Positions 28,100 to 38,065 are shown, counted from the first letter of the stretch. The stretch: 64,000 nucleotides of DNA from an uncultured delta proteobacterium (GCA_963843145.1 CAWJJC010000027.1:192001-256000); one strand, 5' to 3'. Program-made: numbers and translations. The notes: generated from the letters alone by a model not told the origin.

Positions 28100-28668
28100 T
28101 ACCGCAAAGACGCAAAGGACGCGAAGAGGCATTTTCTCCGTCCGGAAAAGACCCGGACGGAGAAAATGCCTGGTCAAGAGAACAGTTCTAAAGCAACTAT
28201 GGATATCAATCCATTAAGCAATGTAATTATCGGGGCGGCCATTGAGGTCCATAAAAACCTGGGTCCCGGTTTACTGGAATCCGCTTATGAGGAGAGTATG
28301 TGTTGGGAATTGGCTCACCAAAAGGTGCCCTTTGAAAGGCAAAAACTCTTGCCCTTAAGTTATAAGGGGCACGCCTTAGACTGCGGATACCGTTTGGATA
28401 TTTTGGTCGACAACCAAATCGTACTGGAACTAAAATCGGTGGAACGGCTTGAACCCATTCACAAAGCCCAATTGTTGACCTACCTGAAGCTCTCGGGTTT
28501 TCCGATGGGGTTACTCATGAATTTCAATACTCCTTTAATGCGCCAAGGCATCGTGCGACTCGTAAACAATTTCAAGGAATAGCCCCGCCGGTGGGGTGAA
28601 GTTGTTTTATTGGCGGCGAGGGCCGCCAATAAAAAGAATTTTTTGCGCCCTTCGCGTCTTTGCGGTGA
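28100..28668 (+). mobile_element. Putative small cassette: IR - hairpin - GxxExxY gene - hairpin - IR
   Basis: Left ACCGCAAAGACGCAAAGGACGCGAAG (28101-28126) vs reverse complement of the right end (28641-28668) TCACCGCAAAGACGCGAAGGGCGCAAAA; perfect internal hairpins at 28127-28171 and 28605-28634. Confidence 0.6.
28199..28582 (+). CDS. GxxExxY protein (PD-(D/E)XK nuclease-like)
   Basis: IIGAAIEVHKNLGPGLLESAY, YRLDILV, LELKSVE, HKAQLLTYLK, GLLMNF. Confidence 0.93.
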   Translation: MDINPLSNVIIGAAIEVHKNLGPGLLESAYEESMCWELAHQKVPFERQKLLPLSYKGHALDCGYRLDILVDNQIVLELKSVERLEPIHKAQLLTYLKLSGFPMGLLMNFNTPLMRQGIVRLVNNFKE

Positions 28669-28678
28669 GTACGCTTTT

Positions 28679-30352
28679 ATGCATTCAAACAAAATCCATA
28701 TCTGCAAGGCCTTCCAGGAACAGGCGGAGAAGACCCCCCGGAAAGCGGCCCTCGTCTACCTCGGCACTTCCTATTCCTACGCCGGACTTTTGAAGTCCGT
28801 GCGGGCTTTGGCCGCCAGCCTCCAGGCCTTGGGCCTGAAAGAAGGGGACAAGGTCGTTCTCTACCTGCCCAATTCCGTCCAGTGGGTCCTGGCCTGGCTG
28901 GCCGTTCAATGGATCGGCGGGGTGGCCGTGCCCATTACCCCTATCTACACGGCCCGCGACTTGAACTACATCGCCGGCGACACCGGCGCCGTGGCCGTAT
29001 TCTGCTCCGATCGAAATTTCGGCTATGTGCAGCAGGTCCTGGACTCCACTCCGCTCAAAACCATCGTCGTCACTAACCTGGCCGACTTACTCCCCTGGTG
29101 GAAGCGGTTTCTGGGTTGGGCCTTCGACATTATCCCCAGAGGAAGCGTGGCCAAAAGACCAGAGGTGCATCCCTTTCGTAGTCTCCTTTCCGGTCCGGCC
29201 GCATCGATCCCGGAGATCCGGGGAGGCGGTGAGGGGATAGCCGAAATCCTGTACACCGGCGGCACCACCAAACACCCCAAGGGAGTGCCCATCAGCCACC
29301 GGCTCTACCTGGGCTGCGCCCAAGAGCAGATCGGCGTCAGCGAACCCCTCTTTCCTTTGACCGAAAACGTGATCGCCGGTGGGGCCCCGCTGTTTCACGT
29401 CCTCGGCCAGACCTGCAGTCTGGGAACGATTTTCTTCGGGGGCACCCTGCTGGTCTTTCCCAAGGTGCAGTTGGACGCCCTGATGCACGCCATCCAGCGT
29501 TTCCGGGCCAAGACGCTGATCGGCGTGCCGGCCCTTTACCGGATGATCCTGGAACACGATCGACTGGATCTCTATGACCTCGGTTCCCTTCAATATTGCT
29601 TCAACGGCGGGGATGTACTTCCTCTGGAAATCGAAAAAAGGTGGCGGGATAAGTTCCAAAAGCCTATCTTCCAAGGGTATGGCGCTACCGAAACCTGCGG
29701 CGGAGTGACCATGGTGCCGACCGATCGTCCCACTCCGCCCCGGAGCATGGGCCGGGTCCTGGCCAGTAAATCCGTTCGGATTATCGACGCCACCACCCGG
29801 GAAATCGTACCCCGGGGAGAACCCGGGGAGTTAATCGTCTCCTCCCAACCCATGGTCGAAGCCTATTGGAATAAGCCGGAAGAGACGGCCGAAGCCTTTC
29901 TCACCCTAGAAGGGAAAAGGTGGTACCGGACCAGCGATATTGTCTCCGAGGACGAACAGGGGTACTTCTACTTTGTCGATCGAACCGTGGATACCATCAA
30001 ACACAAAGGCTATCGGGTTTCGGCTTCCGAGATCGAGGCCGTGCTTCAGGAACATCCGGCGGTCATCGAATCCTGCGTGGTGGGCATCCCCGACGAGAAA
30101 GTGGGCCAGCGGATCAAGGCCTTTGTGGTCTTAAAGAAAGATATCAAGGGTGTCACCGGCTACGACCTGATCAAGTGGGCCCGGGAACGACTGGTCTCCT
30201 ACAAGCTTCCCCAGTACATCGAGTTCCGCGATATGCTGCCCAAGTCCAAGGTGGGCAAGCTCCTGCGCCGGGAAATCCGCGGGGAGGAAGGCCGACGACA
30301 GGAAAAGGACGAAAAGAGCGACGCCGTGATGAAGGACAGCGGGATGGGATAG
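28679..30352 (+). CDS. AMP-binding acyl-CoA ligase (long-chain fatty acid-CoA ligase-like)
   Basis: YTGGTTKHPKG, QGYGATE, YRTSD, DR...K..G, LPKSKVGK. Confidence 0.92.
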   Translation: MHSNKIHICKAFQEQAEKTPRKAALVYLGTSYSYAGLLKSVRALAASLQALGLKEGDKVVLYLPNSVQWVLAWLAVQWIGGVAVPITPIYTARDLNYIAGDTGAVAVFCSDRNFGYVQQVLDSTPLKTIVVTNLADLLPWWKRFLGWAFDIIPRGSVAKRPEVHPFRSLLSGPAASIPEIRGGGEGIAEILYTGGTTKHPKGVPISHRLYLGCAQEQIGVSEPLFPLTENVIAGGAPLFHVLGQTCSLGTIFFGGTLLVFPKVQLDALMHAIQRFRAKTLIGVPALYRMILEHDRLDLYDLGSLQYCFNGGDVLPLEIEKRWRDKFQKPIFQGYGATETCGGVTMVPTDRPTPPRSMGRVLASKSVRIIDATTREIVPRGEPGELIVSSQPMVEAYWNKPEETAEAFLTLEGKRWYRTSDIVSEDEQGYFYFVDRTVDTIKHKGYRVSASEIEAVLQEHPAVIESCVVGIPDEKVGQRIKAFVVLKKDIKGVTGYDLIKWARERLVSYKLPQYIEFRDMLPKSKVGKLLRREIRGEEGRRQEKDEKSDAVMKDSGMG

Positions 30353-30444
30353 GATGGGAATAAAGGGCGTTACTGGTTAAGAAGAGCGATGCCGGATACT
30401 GAATAGAAAAACAATAATTCCCGCTGAGTGCCAATTCCCGCCCT

Positions 30445-30903
30445 TTACAATTTTCGGTCGATCTTCTCGGGGTGATCGTTGACCCATTTCAGGAGGGCAT
30501 TAACTAGGCTTTCCACATCCTCGAGTTGCTGGCTGCAGATTTCGTAGAGTTCCTGATTCGAGATTTCCTGATAGAAATGGACCATTCGGTTTCTGTATCC
30601 CGCCATTTTTTCCAGCGCCCGCCCATCCTCTGCGCTTAGTATTCCCTGCTCGGCGAGTCGTTGGGCGATTTCCTTGTACTCCGTAACCGCCAGGCCGAAT
30701 CCCTTCGCCAGCATATGCCGCCCCAGATCCAGCAAGGCCTCCAAGGCTCGACGCAAATAAGATTCAGCCGAGGCCGAATTCCGGCGGTCAGAGATAAAAG
30801 ATTCGAACGACTCCAGCGGCAGGGATTTCAGCCTTTCCAGCATATCCCGGATCCAGGCGCTGCGTTCGGCAATCACTTGAGCCCTTAACAAATTTGGGGT
30901 CAC
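30445..30903 (-). CDS. HepT-like HEPN RNase toxin (DUF86)
   Basis: RNRMVHFY (RxxxxH) motif; GTG start overlaps the MNT stop codon. Confidence 0.88.
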   Translation of the reverse strand: MTPNLLRAQVIAERSAWIRDMLERLKSLPLESFESFISDRRNSASAESYLRRALEALLDLGRHMLAKGFGLAVTEYKEIAQRLAEQGILSAEDGRALEKMAGYRNRMVHFYQEISNQELYEICSQQLEDVESLVNALLKWVNDHPEKIDRKL

Positions 30904-31325
30904 CGCCCGCCTTCTTTCAGGATCGCCCGGATTCGCTCCCGCTGGAAATAACTCAGATCCCCTGCTCTTCTTAAAAAATAAAGTTCGTCTTCGGCTTGTT
31001 GATCGAAATCCCGGCAATAAAGGATTTCGCCGCGAATGATATCGAGGGCCAGGAAAGCATCCGCCTCCGGCAAGACCACCAGGTCAATTCTCCCGGCCCC
31101 GAACAACGCTTCCAGGGCCAGGGTCAATTCTACCCGGTCCTCCGCAGAGAGTCTCGTACCTTTTTCGGGTTGGATTCCCATATCCACATCCGAAGGGAGA
31201 GCGGAAACCGGTGCCGCCCTTCCTTCGAGCCGGCCGAAAATCTCCCCCGCTCGACTGCCAAAAACATAAATAGACGCCAGTCGGTATTGGTCAGCCAGAT
31301 GATGAAGTCGTTGTGTTGCCGTCAT
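30900..31325 (-). CDS. Minimal nucleotidyltransferase (MntA-like antitoxin)
   Basis: YVFGSRA...SDVDMG...IDLVVL...IIRGEILY; upstream of HepT. Confidence 0.85.
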   Translation of the reverse strand: MTATQRLHHLADQYRLASIYVFGSRAGEIFGRLEGRAAPVSALPSDVDMGIQPEKGTRLSAEDRVELTLALEALFGAGRIDLVVLPEADAFLALDIIRGEILYCRDFDQQAEDELYFLRRAGDLSYFQRERIRAILKEGGR

Positions 31326-31552
31326 GCCCGTCGCCCTCACAAGGAGGTAAATTCATTCTAATCCAATTTTCGGTTAGTATTTCAAATCTGTTAAATTTGT
31401 CAAGAAGTTATAGCCGAGTTCCGGTTTTGAGATTTCCGATTCGCAAAAATTAATCTGGTCAAATCTTCGAAAAGGCAGGGCCAGCCTGATAGGCATCAAA
31501 GGCCACTGAGTTTGGGCCTGCTTTAAATAAAATTAGTCGCTAGATAGAATTC

Positions 31553-31580
31553 TTGACTTTAGACGGAAATTATCTATAAT
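31553..31580 (+). promoter_or_regulatory. Sigma70 promoter of the AbrB-VapC pair
   Basis: TTGACT-16 bp-TATAAT. Confidence 0.6.
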
Positions 31581-31609
31581 GAAAGAAAATCGTTCAATTG
31601 GAGGAAAAT

Positions 31610-31864
31610 ATGCCGATTATCGCTATCTCCGCCAAAGGTCAGGTGACGATTCCCAAAGAGGTAAGGAAGGCCATGAATCTTAAATCGGCCGACCGGGTGA
31701 TTATCGTCATGGAAGGAGACCAGGCGGTCATAAAACCGATCCGAGGTACCCTGATGGATATTGGAGGGTCCATCGCCATTCCTGAAGCGGAAAGGCCCAT
31801 TAATTTTAAGCAGGTCAGGGAATCCGTACGAAAAAAAATGGGCCAACGGGTGGCGAAGAAATGA
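31610..31864 (+). CDS. AbrB/MazE/SpoVT-family antitoxin
   Basis: ISAKGQVTIPKEVRKAM. Confidence 0.9.
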   Translation: MPIIAISAKGQVTIPKEVRKAMNLKSADRVIIVMEGDQAVIKPIRGTLMDIGGSIAIPEAERPINFKQVRESVRKKMGQRVAKK

Positions 31865-32280
31865 CCGCTCCCATCAAGAAGTTTTTCATCGACACCAACA
31901 TCATTCTTCGTTACTTGACCAAGGATGACCCGGTCCAATTTCCGCGTTGTCGTCAACTCTTTAAAAAGGCCCAGGACGGTGAGGTACTTCTAATAACCTC
32001 AACCCTGGTTATAGCAGAAATAATCTGGACCCTGTCCTCTTATTACCGGGTCCCCAAAGACCAGATCATCGAGAAACTATCCATAATTATTGGAAGCGAT
32101 GCCGTCCAAATCCTCGACAAAGATCTGATCGCCGAGGCCCTGGTGCTTTATGCCCGAAAAAACGTAGATTATATTGACGCCTATAATGCCGTTCTCCTGA
32201 AGCATCTCAACCTCAAGGAGATCTATTCCTACGACCGGGATTTTGATAAGATCGACGGAATTGATCGTCTGGAGCCTTGA
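31861..32280 (+). CDS. vapC: PIN-domain (VapC) toxin
   Basis: FIDTNIILR, AE, DYIDA, YSYDRDFD; ATGA overlap with the antitoxin. Confidence 0.9.
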   Translation: MTAPIKKFFIDTNIILRYLTKDDPVQFPRCRQLFKKAQDGEVLLITSTLVIAEIIWTLSSYYRVPKDQIIEKLSIIIGSDAVQILDKDLIAEALVLYARKNVDYIDAYNAVLLKHLNLKEIYSYDRDFDKIDGIDRLEP

Positions 32281-32395
32281 TACGAAACAACGAATAGGTG
32301 CACTATTTTCATGCTTCCGGGTGCCCGCCCCAGGCATCTGTGGTTAATACGGAATCAGGACCGATGTCAAAAATACTTGCTAAGCCCTTTACTTC

Positions 32396-32443
32396 TGCAT
32401 AGTAAACTATTCACTTGACATGCATAGTTGATGACCCTATCAT
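32396..32443 (+). promoter_or_regulatory. Sigma70 promoter plus probable autoregulatory operator of the Phd-VapC pair
   Basis: TTGACA(32415)-17 bp-TATCAT; palindrome ATAGTAAACTAT (32399-32410); TGCATAGT repeated at 32396 and 32421. Confidence 0.6.
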
Positions 32444-32476
32444 TTATCCAATTGACCCCCAAGGAAAGGAGGCCGC

Positions 32477-32749
32477 ATGGAGGAAGTAAGTGCTTTGGAC
32501 CTAAGAACTAAATTCGGCGCAATTTTGGATCTCCTCGAAGAAAAAGGCGAACCCATACTTATAAAAAAGCGGCATAAACTGCGGGCGGTTCTGGTAACCC
32601 CCGATCAGTTTGAGCGGCGGTTTGTGGATTGGCAGGCGGAGGAAAAGCAAAAAGAACTTTTGAACCACATCAAGAAGCTGCGAGAGCAGCGGGTCAGGGG
32701 GGAAAGCGGCCTGGAGGTTTTGAGAAAGCTGCGCGGATACGATCGATGA
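32477..32749 (+). CDS. Phd/YefM-family antitoxin
   Basis: VSALDLRTKFGAILD...EPILIKKRHKLRAVLV. Confidence 0.85.
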   Translation: MEEVSALDLRTKFGAILDLLEEKGEPILIKKRHKLRAVLVTPDQFERRFVDWQAEEKQKELLNHIKKLREQRVRGESGLEVLRKLRGYDR

Positions 32750-33186
32750 TCTGGGTGATTGATGCTTCCGTGGCCCTAAAATGGTTTATCGTGGAAGAGG
32801 CCCATCCCGCCGCGGAGAAGGTCCTGACCGCCCTGATCGCTCGACCCCAGTCCTTCGCCGTGCCCGAGCTATTTGCCTTTGAAGTATTTTCCGTTCTGCA
32901 TCGCCTTCACCCCCAACCCCGCCTGGCATTTGAAGAAGGCCTCTTGCCCTTGTTACAGGGGGGGCTGCTGCGGATGCCCATGACCAAAAACCTGGCCGCC
33001 CTGGCCCAGCGCTTTATCCATCTGGGGTTGACCGGCTACGATGCCTGTTATGCCGCCCTGGCCCGAGATTTGAGCGGCTTCTGGCTGACCTACGATCAAA
33101 AGGCCCATCAGGCCATCAAAAAAGAAAAGGTATCCTGGTCTTTGGAAAAGGGTCTCCCTCCGGACTGGCCTTCCGAGTTGGGATAG
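32746..33186 (+). CDS. vapC: PIN-domain (VapC) toxin
   Basis: VIDASVALKWF, E, LTGYDACYAALA, LTYD. Confidence 0.88.
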   Translation: MIWVIDASVALKWFIVEEAHPAAEKVLTALIARPQSFAVPELFAFEVFSVLHRLHPQPRLAFEEGLLPLLQGGLLRMPMTKNLAALAQRFIHLGLTGYDACYAALARDLSGFWLTYDQKAHQAIKKEKVSWSLEKGLPPDWPSELG

Positions 33187-33587
33187 ATTCATCGGGACTG
33201 TTCGTTCAACCATACCTTGATTAAGGCCTCTCGATCGACACCGATGGCTTCCCATATTTTATCATTTCCTTAACCAAAGACTCGCTGAAATCCAAGGTAA
33301 TACGTGCCGCCAAAATTTGACTTGACAAACCCGGCGGGGCCGTGATCAAATTCAAGCCAAATCTCCAATCATATCAAGTTATTCTAATCCGGTTACCCAG
33401 GCAAGGATAATCTGGAAATGCGAAAAATAGGTTCCAAAAGGCGGTTGGCAGCTATTGCCCCTTTATCACTCTGTTTCCTTTCGGTCCTGATCTTCTCCGG
33501 TCCTATCATCCAGCGTGACGGTGACGTCTTATCCCGGCAACTGAATTTTGAGTGCCCGAACATTGACATATTGATTTCCCTAGGGAA

Positions 33588-36500
33588 ATGAACCGCATGC
33601 CGCACTCGAAAAAGAACCCGGCAATTCCCCGATTGGGTCCCCACCGGACCACTCCCCCTTCCCTGTTCAAGGCTATTCCCCGACAGCACCTGATTGATCT
33701 GTTCCAAAAAAACGGAGACAAAAAACTGATATTGATCATCGGTCAGGCCGCCCAGGGGAAATCCACCACGGCCGCCTCCTGGTATTTTCTGGACCGGCAG
33801 CGACCTTCGGCCTGGCTCAACCTCGAGCCCGAGGATTCCGACCCGATAAACCTGTTTTACCTACTGATCCAAGCCGTCCACCAGAATGGAAAGGAGAAAG
33901 AATACCCCGCCCTGTTGAACCTTCCGTCCCTGATCGCGGGCCCCCGGGAGGGTAGCTCCCGTTACCGGGAATGGACCCGGGCCCTTCTGGAAACCTTCGA
34001 TCACCGGCAGCAGCTTTTTTTCGACGGACTCGACCGGCTGAACCCGCAGGCGGAATCCTACCAATTTCTTCAGACCCTGATCGAGGAGATCCCGGCTTCC
34101 ATGCGCCTGATTCTCCTGTCCCGGGCCTACCCGTCTCTGACCCTCGAATTCCAGGAGCTGAAGGTAAAAAACCAGGTCCTGCTTTTAAAAAACGAAGACC
34201 TGGCCTTTTCCCCGCCGGAAATCAAAACCTACCTTCGGGAACTCCACGGGCTCTCCTTGGTTGACCGTCAAGCGGAACGCATCCATACCGCCACGGAAGG
34301 ATGGATCGGCGGAATAAACTTGTTGGCCGGGACCCTCGCTCTGCTCCCGCCGGCATCCCTGGAACGGCACTTGAACCAGGAATTGCCTTCCCGCTTTCAG
34401 CGTGATGTTTTCCAGTATTTCGGTAAGGAAGTGTTTGCTTCCCTGCCCCCGGCCCAGCAAGACTATCTTATCCGTTCCTCCATCCTCGATTCCCTGGATC
34501 CCAGCGTCAACCGGGCCCTTTTCCGCCGAAAAGACTGGGAGGCCTGCCTGAAGGAACTGACCCGGAAAAACCTCTTTATCCAATCCTTTACGAACCCGAA
34601 ACTGGGCTTGACTTTTAGGTTTCATCAGCTTTTCCGGGATTTCCTGGGGACCCTGCGCCAGGCGAGATTGTCGGCCCAAGAGGTGGAAGTCCTGCATTCC
34701 CAGGCCGGTGATTATTATACAAGGCAAGGAAACCCGGAAAAGGCTATCCATCACTATCTGGAGGCCGGGGCCTATCCCCAAGCCGCGACGCTGATCAAAA
34801 AAATCGGCCTGGATCTGATCAAAAGCGCCCGCCTGGGCGATCTTTCCCGCTGGCTACAGGCCCTGCCTCAAACGTTCATCCAGACCGACCCCCACCTGCG
34901 CTTGTATTGCATTCTTCCCAACCGGTACAGCCTGTCGGATGACAGCCTGAAGACCCTCAAAGAAGTGATCGCCCTCTTCCAACAGCGTGGAGATCGATCC
35001 GGCCAGTTCCTGGGACTGGCCTACTTGATCGAGGCCGAGTTCACCTTAGGAAACTACCGGCCGGAACTCATTCGCGAAGGGGAGGTCCTTCTCCAGACCA
35101 TGCAAGAAGATTCTTGCCTCTATGAACGGGCTATGCTCTGGACCCAGATCGGTCTGACCCAAACCGTCCGGGGCAACCCCCGCCGCGGGTACTGGGCCTG
35201 CCAGAAGGCCTATCTCCTGGCCAACGGGTTGGCCGATCCCCTGCTGCAGGTCATCGCCCTGTCCCATGCCGTGACCTCCCTATCCACTTTGGGGGAGTTC
35301 CAGCCGGCCGAACGCTTCCTCCAGGAAATGAATTCCCTGGCCTGGCGTTTTCCTCAGTTCGAAATTCGCCTGTTCCTTCAAATCGCCAAAACCACTTACC
35401 AGATTTTTCACGGTGAGGCCGAGGAGGCGGTGGAGCCGTGCTTAACCCTTCAGATGGAAACGGAAAAACACGGCCTTGTCTATCTCTACCCGATGGCCCT
35501 GTTCTACACGTTTATTTCCATGACCTATGCCCGTCGGGACCGGCAGGCCGATCGGATGGGGCAACAATTGTTGAATCTGGCAATAACCTTTAACAATGGA
35601 TTCCTGGCCGGGGCCATCCACTTTCTCTCCGGCCTATCGGCCTACTGGTCCGGCCGACAGGACGAAGCCCGGGAGCGGATCGACCGGTCCATTGTACTGC
35701 TTGAGGCGCCCGGCTCTTTTTCCGAACTCCATCTGAACGGGGCTCGGTTGGCCCGGGGTCTGCTGCACGACGGTCCAGGAAAGCGTCCGGGGGCCATCGA
35801 AGATCTTCTGGATCTGCTCCAATCCCTGGAATCGGTCGAAAGCCGCCTGTTCCTGACCGAGTGCTGCCTGGCCCTGGGACTGCTGTATCACGACCAGGGA
35901 CAGGGGGAACAGGCCCGGAGATATCTTCACCAGGGGTTGAACTCGGCCCGGCGGGGGGACTACCGCCATTTCATGATCATCAGTCCCCAAGACACGGTCC
36001 GGGCCTGCCTGCTGGCCCAGGAATATCTCCCGGAGGACGCCGGGGCGGAATATGCCGGTCGGCTGGTCCGGGAGAAATTCGGCCGGCAGGCCGTGGCCGA
36101 ACTGGAGGCCCTGTCCCGGCATCCCAGCCCGAGGGTAAGCCGGAAGGCCTGGGAATTTCGCCGGATCATCCACCGTTCGGGTCGCCCCGAATAGGGATCA
36201 GGACCTTCGGGGGGCTGCGCCTGGAATACGACCAGCGGTCGGCCATCATCGAGCCCTGGGGCAGCGGCCAGCCCCGCCGCCTGCTCCTGGCCCTCCTTTC
36301 CCAACGGAATGAAAAAATCTCCAAGGGGGCCCTCATCCAAGCCCTCTGGCCCGAAGAGGAAGCGGACGCCTCCGAAAAAAATTTCAAGACCATACTGCAA
36401 AGGCTGCGCAAGGGCTTGGAACCGAACATCCGTCCGGATTTCGGGTCTTCCTATGTTCACCTGCACCACAACCTGGTTTTTCTGGACCCGGAGTTGTGCC

Positions 36501-37024
36501 GGGTTGACGCCCGGGAGTTCAACGACCTCTACCGGGAAGGCGTCCGGCTGGAGAACGAAGGGGATGACAAGGGGGCCCTGGACTGTTTTTCCCGAGCCGC
36601 CGACCTTTATGAAGGCGATTTCATTCCCGAGGAAACCTATGACTCCCAAGTGCTGCGACGCCGGGAAGATTTTAAGAACATCTATATCGATCTGCTCACC
36701 CGCCTGGCCCGCCGGCACACCCGAGCGGGGGCCTCCAAGAAGGCCGTATCCTGCCTGAAACAAGCCATCGAGACCGATCCCCTGCTGGAGGAGGCCTACC
36801 GGGACCTGATGACCCTCTATGCAGAAAAAAACCTCTACAACGAGGCCCTCCGCGTTTTCGAGGCCTGCCGCAAGGTCCTTAAGGAAGAGATGGATTCCTC
36901 TCCCGATCCGCTCACTATGGCCATCTACCGCGGGATCCGGGACCGAGCTGAACAAAGGTTTAGCCAGGGACAACGGAGTCAAATTCGAAACTCGAAATCC
37001 GAAATCCGAAACAAATTCAAATGA
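33588..37024 (+). CDS. MalT-like STAND ATPase-TPR regulator with C-terminal OmpR-type wHTH + BTAD; frameshift near 36188
   Basis: Walker A GQAAQGKST, FDG, DLAFS, TEGWIGG, FRFHQLF. The downstream frame gives IRTFGGLRL...ALWPE...LQRLRKGL...DPLLEEAYRDLM (SARP/BTAD). Confidence 0.85.
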
Positions 37025-37220
37025 CCCAAATTCAAATAACCGAAACGTCTCCCACTCCCTTGATGGGAGGGGGGCTTCGACGTGAGTCCTTCGGCAGTGA
37101 GCCCTTCGACTTTGAGCTCAGGGCCGAACTGCTCAGCCGAACGTTGGGGGGTGGGTGAATTCTCAAATCTTCGACTCATCCGTCTTCACCCCCTCCCTCC
37201 CCACTCAAGAGGGAGAGATC
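36981..37220. repeat. Composite REP cluster: heptamer repeat copy 3, CCCTCCC/GGGAGGG palindrome, CTTCGAC...GCTCAG units
   Basis: AAATTCGAAACTCGAAATCCGAAATCCGAAACAAATTCAAATG; CCCACTCCCTTGATGGGAGGGG; CCCTTCGACTTTGAGCTCAGGG. Confidence 0.75.
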
Positions 37221-37246
37221 CATTCAACAATGCCTTGGTTAAAAAG

Positions 37247-37403
37247 TGACGACCTCGCAAAAAGTTCTTAGCGCAGTCATTGCGAGGAGCAAAGCGACGA
37301 AGCAATCCCCGCGAATCAGCCAGTTACCATGGTGGGGATTGCTTCCCCCGAATCAAGTTCGGGGTCGCAATGACGGGTTTTTCGACTTTTTGCGAAACCT
37401 TCA
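37247..37403. mobile_element. MITE/REPIN-like element with terminal IRs and nested palindrome
   Basis: TIRs TGACGACCTCGCAAAAAGT / ACTTTTTGCGAAACCTTCA enclosing GTCATTGCGA...GAAGCAATCCCC...GGGGATTGCTTC...TCGCAATGAC. Confidence 0.7.
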
Positions 37404-37529
37404 ATAGTGTGAGGTAAATTTTTCAAACAATCATCTCCCTACAAGACGATCCACCGGGACGTTTTATCTAATTTAAATTTTATATCAGATAGTTATAAAA
37501 CTTCTCTCTTTATCTCCCCCCCATTGACG

Positions 37530-37564
37530 TTGTTACCTGTTTGTTACCTCCTCTATTGTAAAAT
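37530..37564 (+). promoter_or_regulatory. 11-bp-period direct repeat upstream of a -10 box (candidate SARP/OmpR-type binding site)
   Basis: TTGTTACCT at 37530 and 37541; TAAAAT at 37559-37564. Confidence 0.5.
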
Positions 37565-37753
37565 CACCCACTAATCTAACCCGTTTAGCTATAAGTGTTT
37601 TCAGCCCCCCTGGGGCCGGTCCTTCGCGGGCGGGTGAAGACAAGCATTCCAGCCCATTTCCAAAAAAGATATTTTTTTTAAATTTGCCGGCAACGAGGTT
37701 ACCCGGGGAATTCCCTCCGCCGGGGCAGTATCTTTTCCAGGAAGGAATCGATA

Positions 37754-38053
37754 ATGGAGAAAAAAGAAGAGCAACGCCTGACGCCTCGCCAACCCTTAGA
37801 GCAAACCGTTCGTTTGGAGCGGAATCGTTTTTTTGCCGGGGAGGGTGGGCCTGTTCAGGAAATCGGCCAGGTCCTGGATATCAGTCCCCTGGGAATTGGC
37901 GTCAAGACCGATTCGCCGTTGGAGCCCCGTGAGATAGTCCGGGTCTACCTTCCGGTCCAGGCCGTGGACATCCCCCTGCCGGTCTTCTCCGAAGTCCGCT
38001 GGGTGAAGGCCGATAATCATTACTACCGCGCCGGGTTGCAGTTCATGCGTTAA
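37754..38053 (+). CDS. PilZ domain protein
   Basis: QRLTPR (RxxxR) and DISPLG (DxSxxG), EVRWV, AGLQF. Confidence 0.88.
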   Translation: MEKKEEQRLTPRQPLEQTVRLERNRFFAGEGGPVQEIGQVLDISPLGIGVKTDSPLEPREIVRVYLPVQAVDIPLPVFSEVRWVKADNHYYRAGLQFMR

Positions 38054-38065
38054 GAAAAAGGCTTG

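Noticed and set aside
30445-33186. Integron cassette array
   Set aside because: No integron integrase, mixed orientations and no convincing attC sites.
35960-36982. 340-aa antisense ORF (similarly 51037-52011 and 24363-25196)
   Set aside because: They fully overlap well-supported genes, have no motifs, and are expected from GC-rich codon bias.
36981-37404. Possible CRISPR array or ncRNA in the repeat-rich intergenic region
   Set aside because: No constant-length repeat/unique spacer periodicity and no cas genes; the sequence resolves into REP/MITE-like palindromes.
37600-37750. c-di-GMP riboswitch upstream of pilZ
   Set aside because: GEMM-I hallmarks (GGCAAA/GAAA tetraloop-receptor, CGCAAAGC) could not be found by eye.
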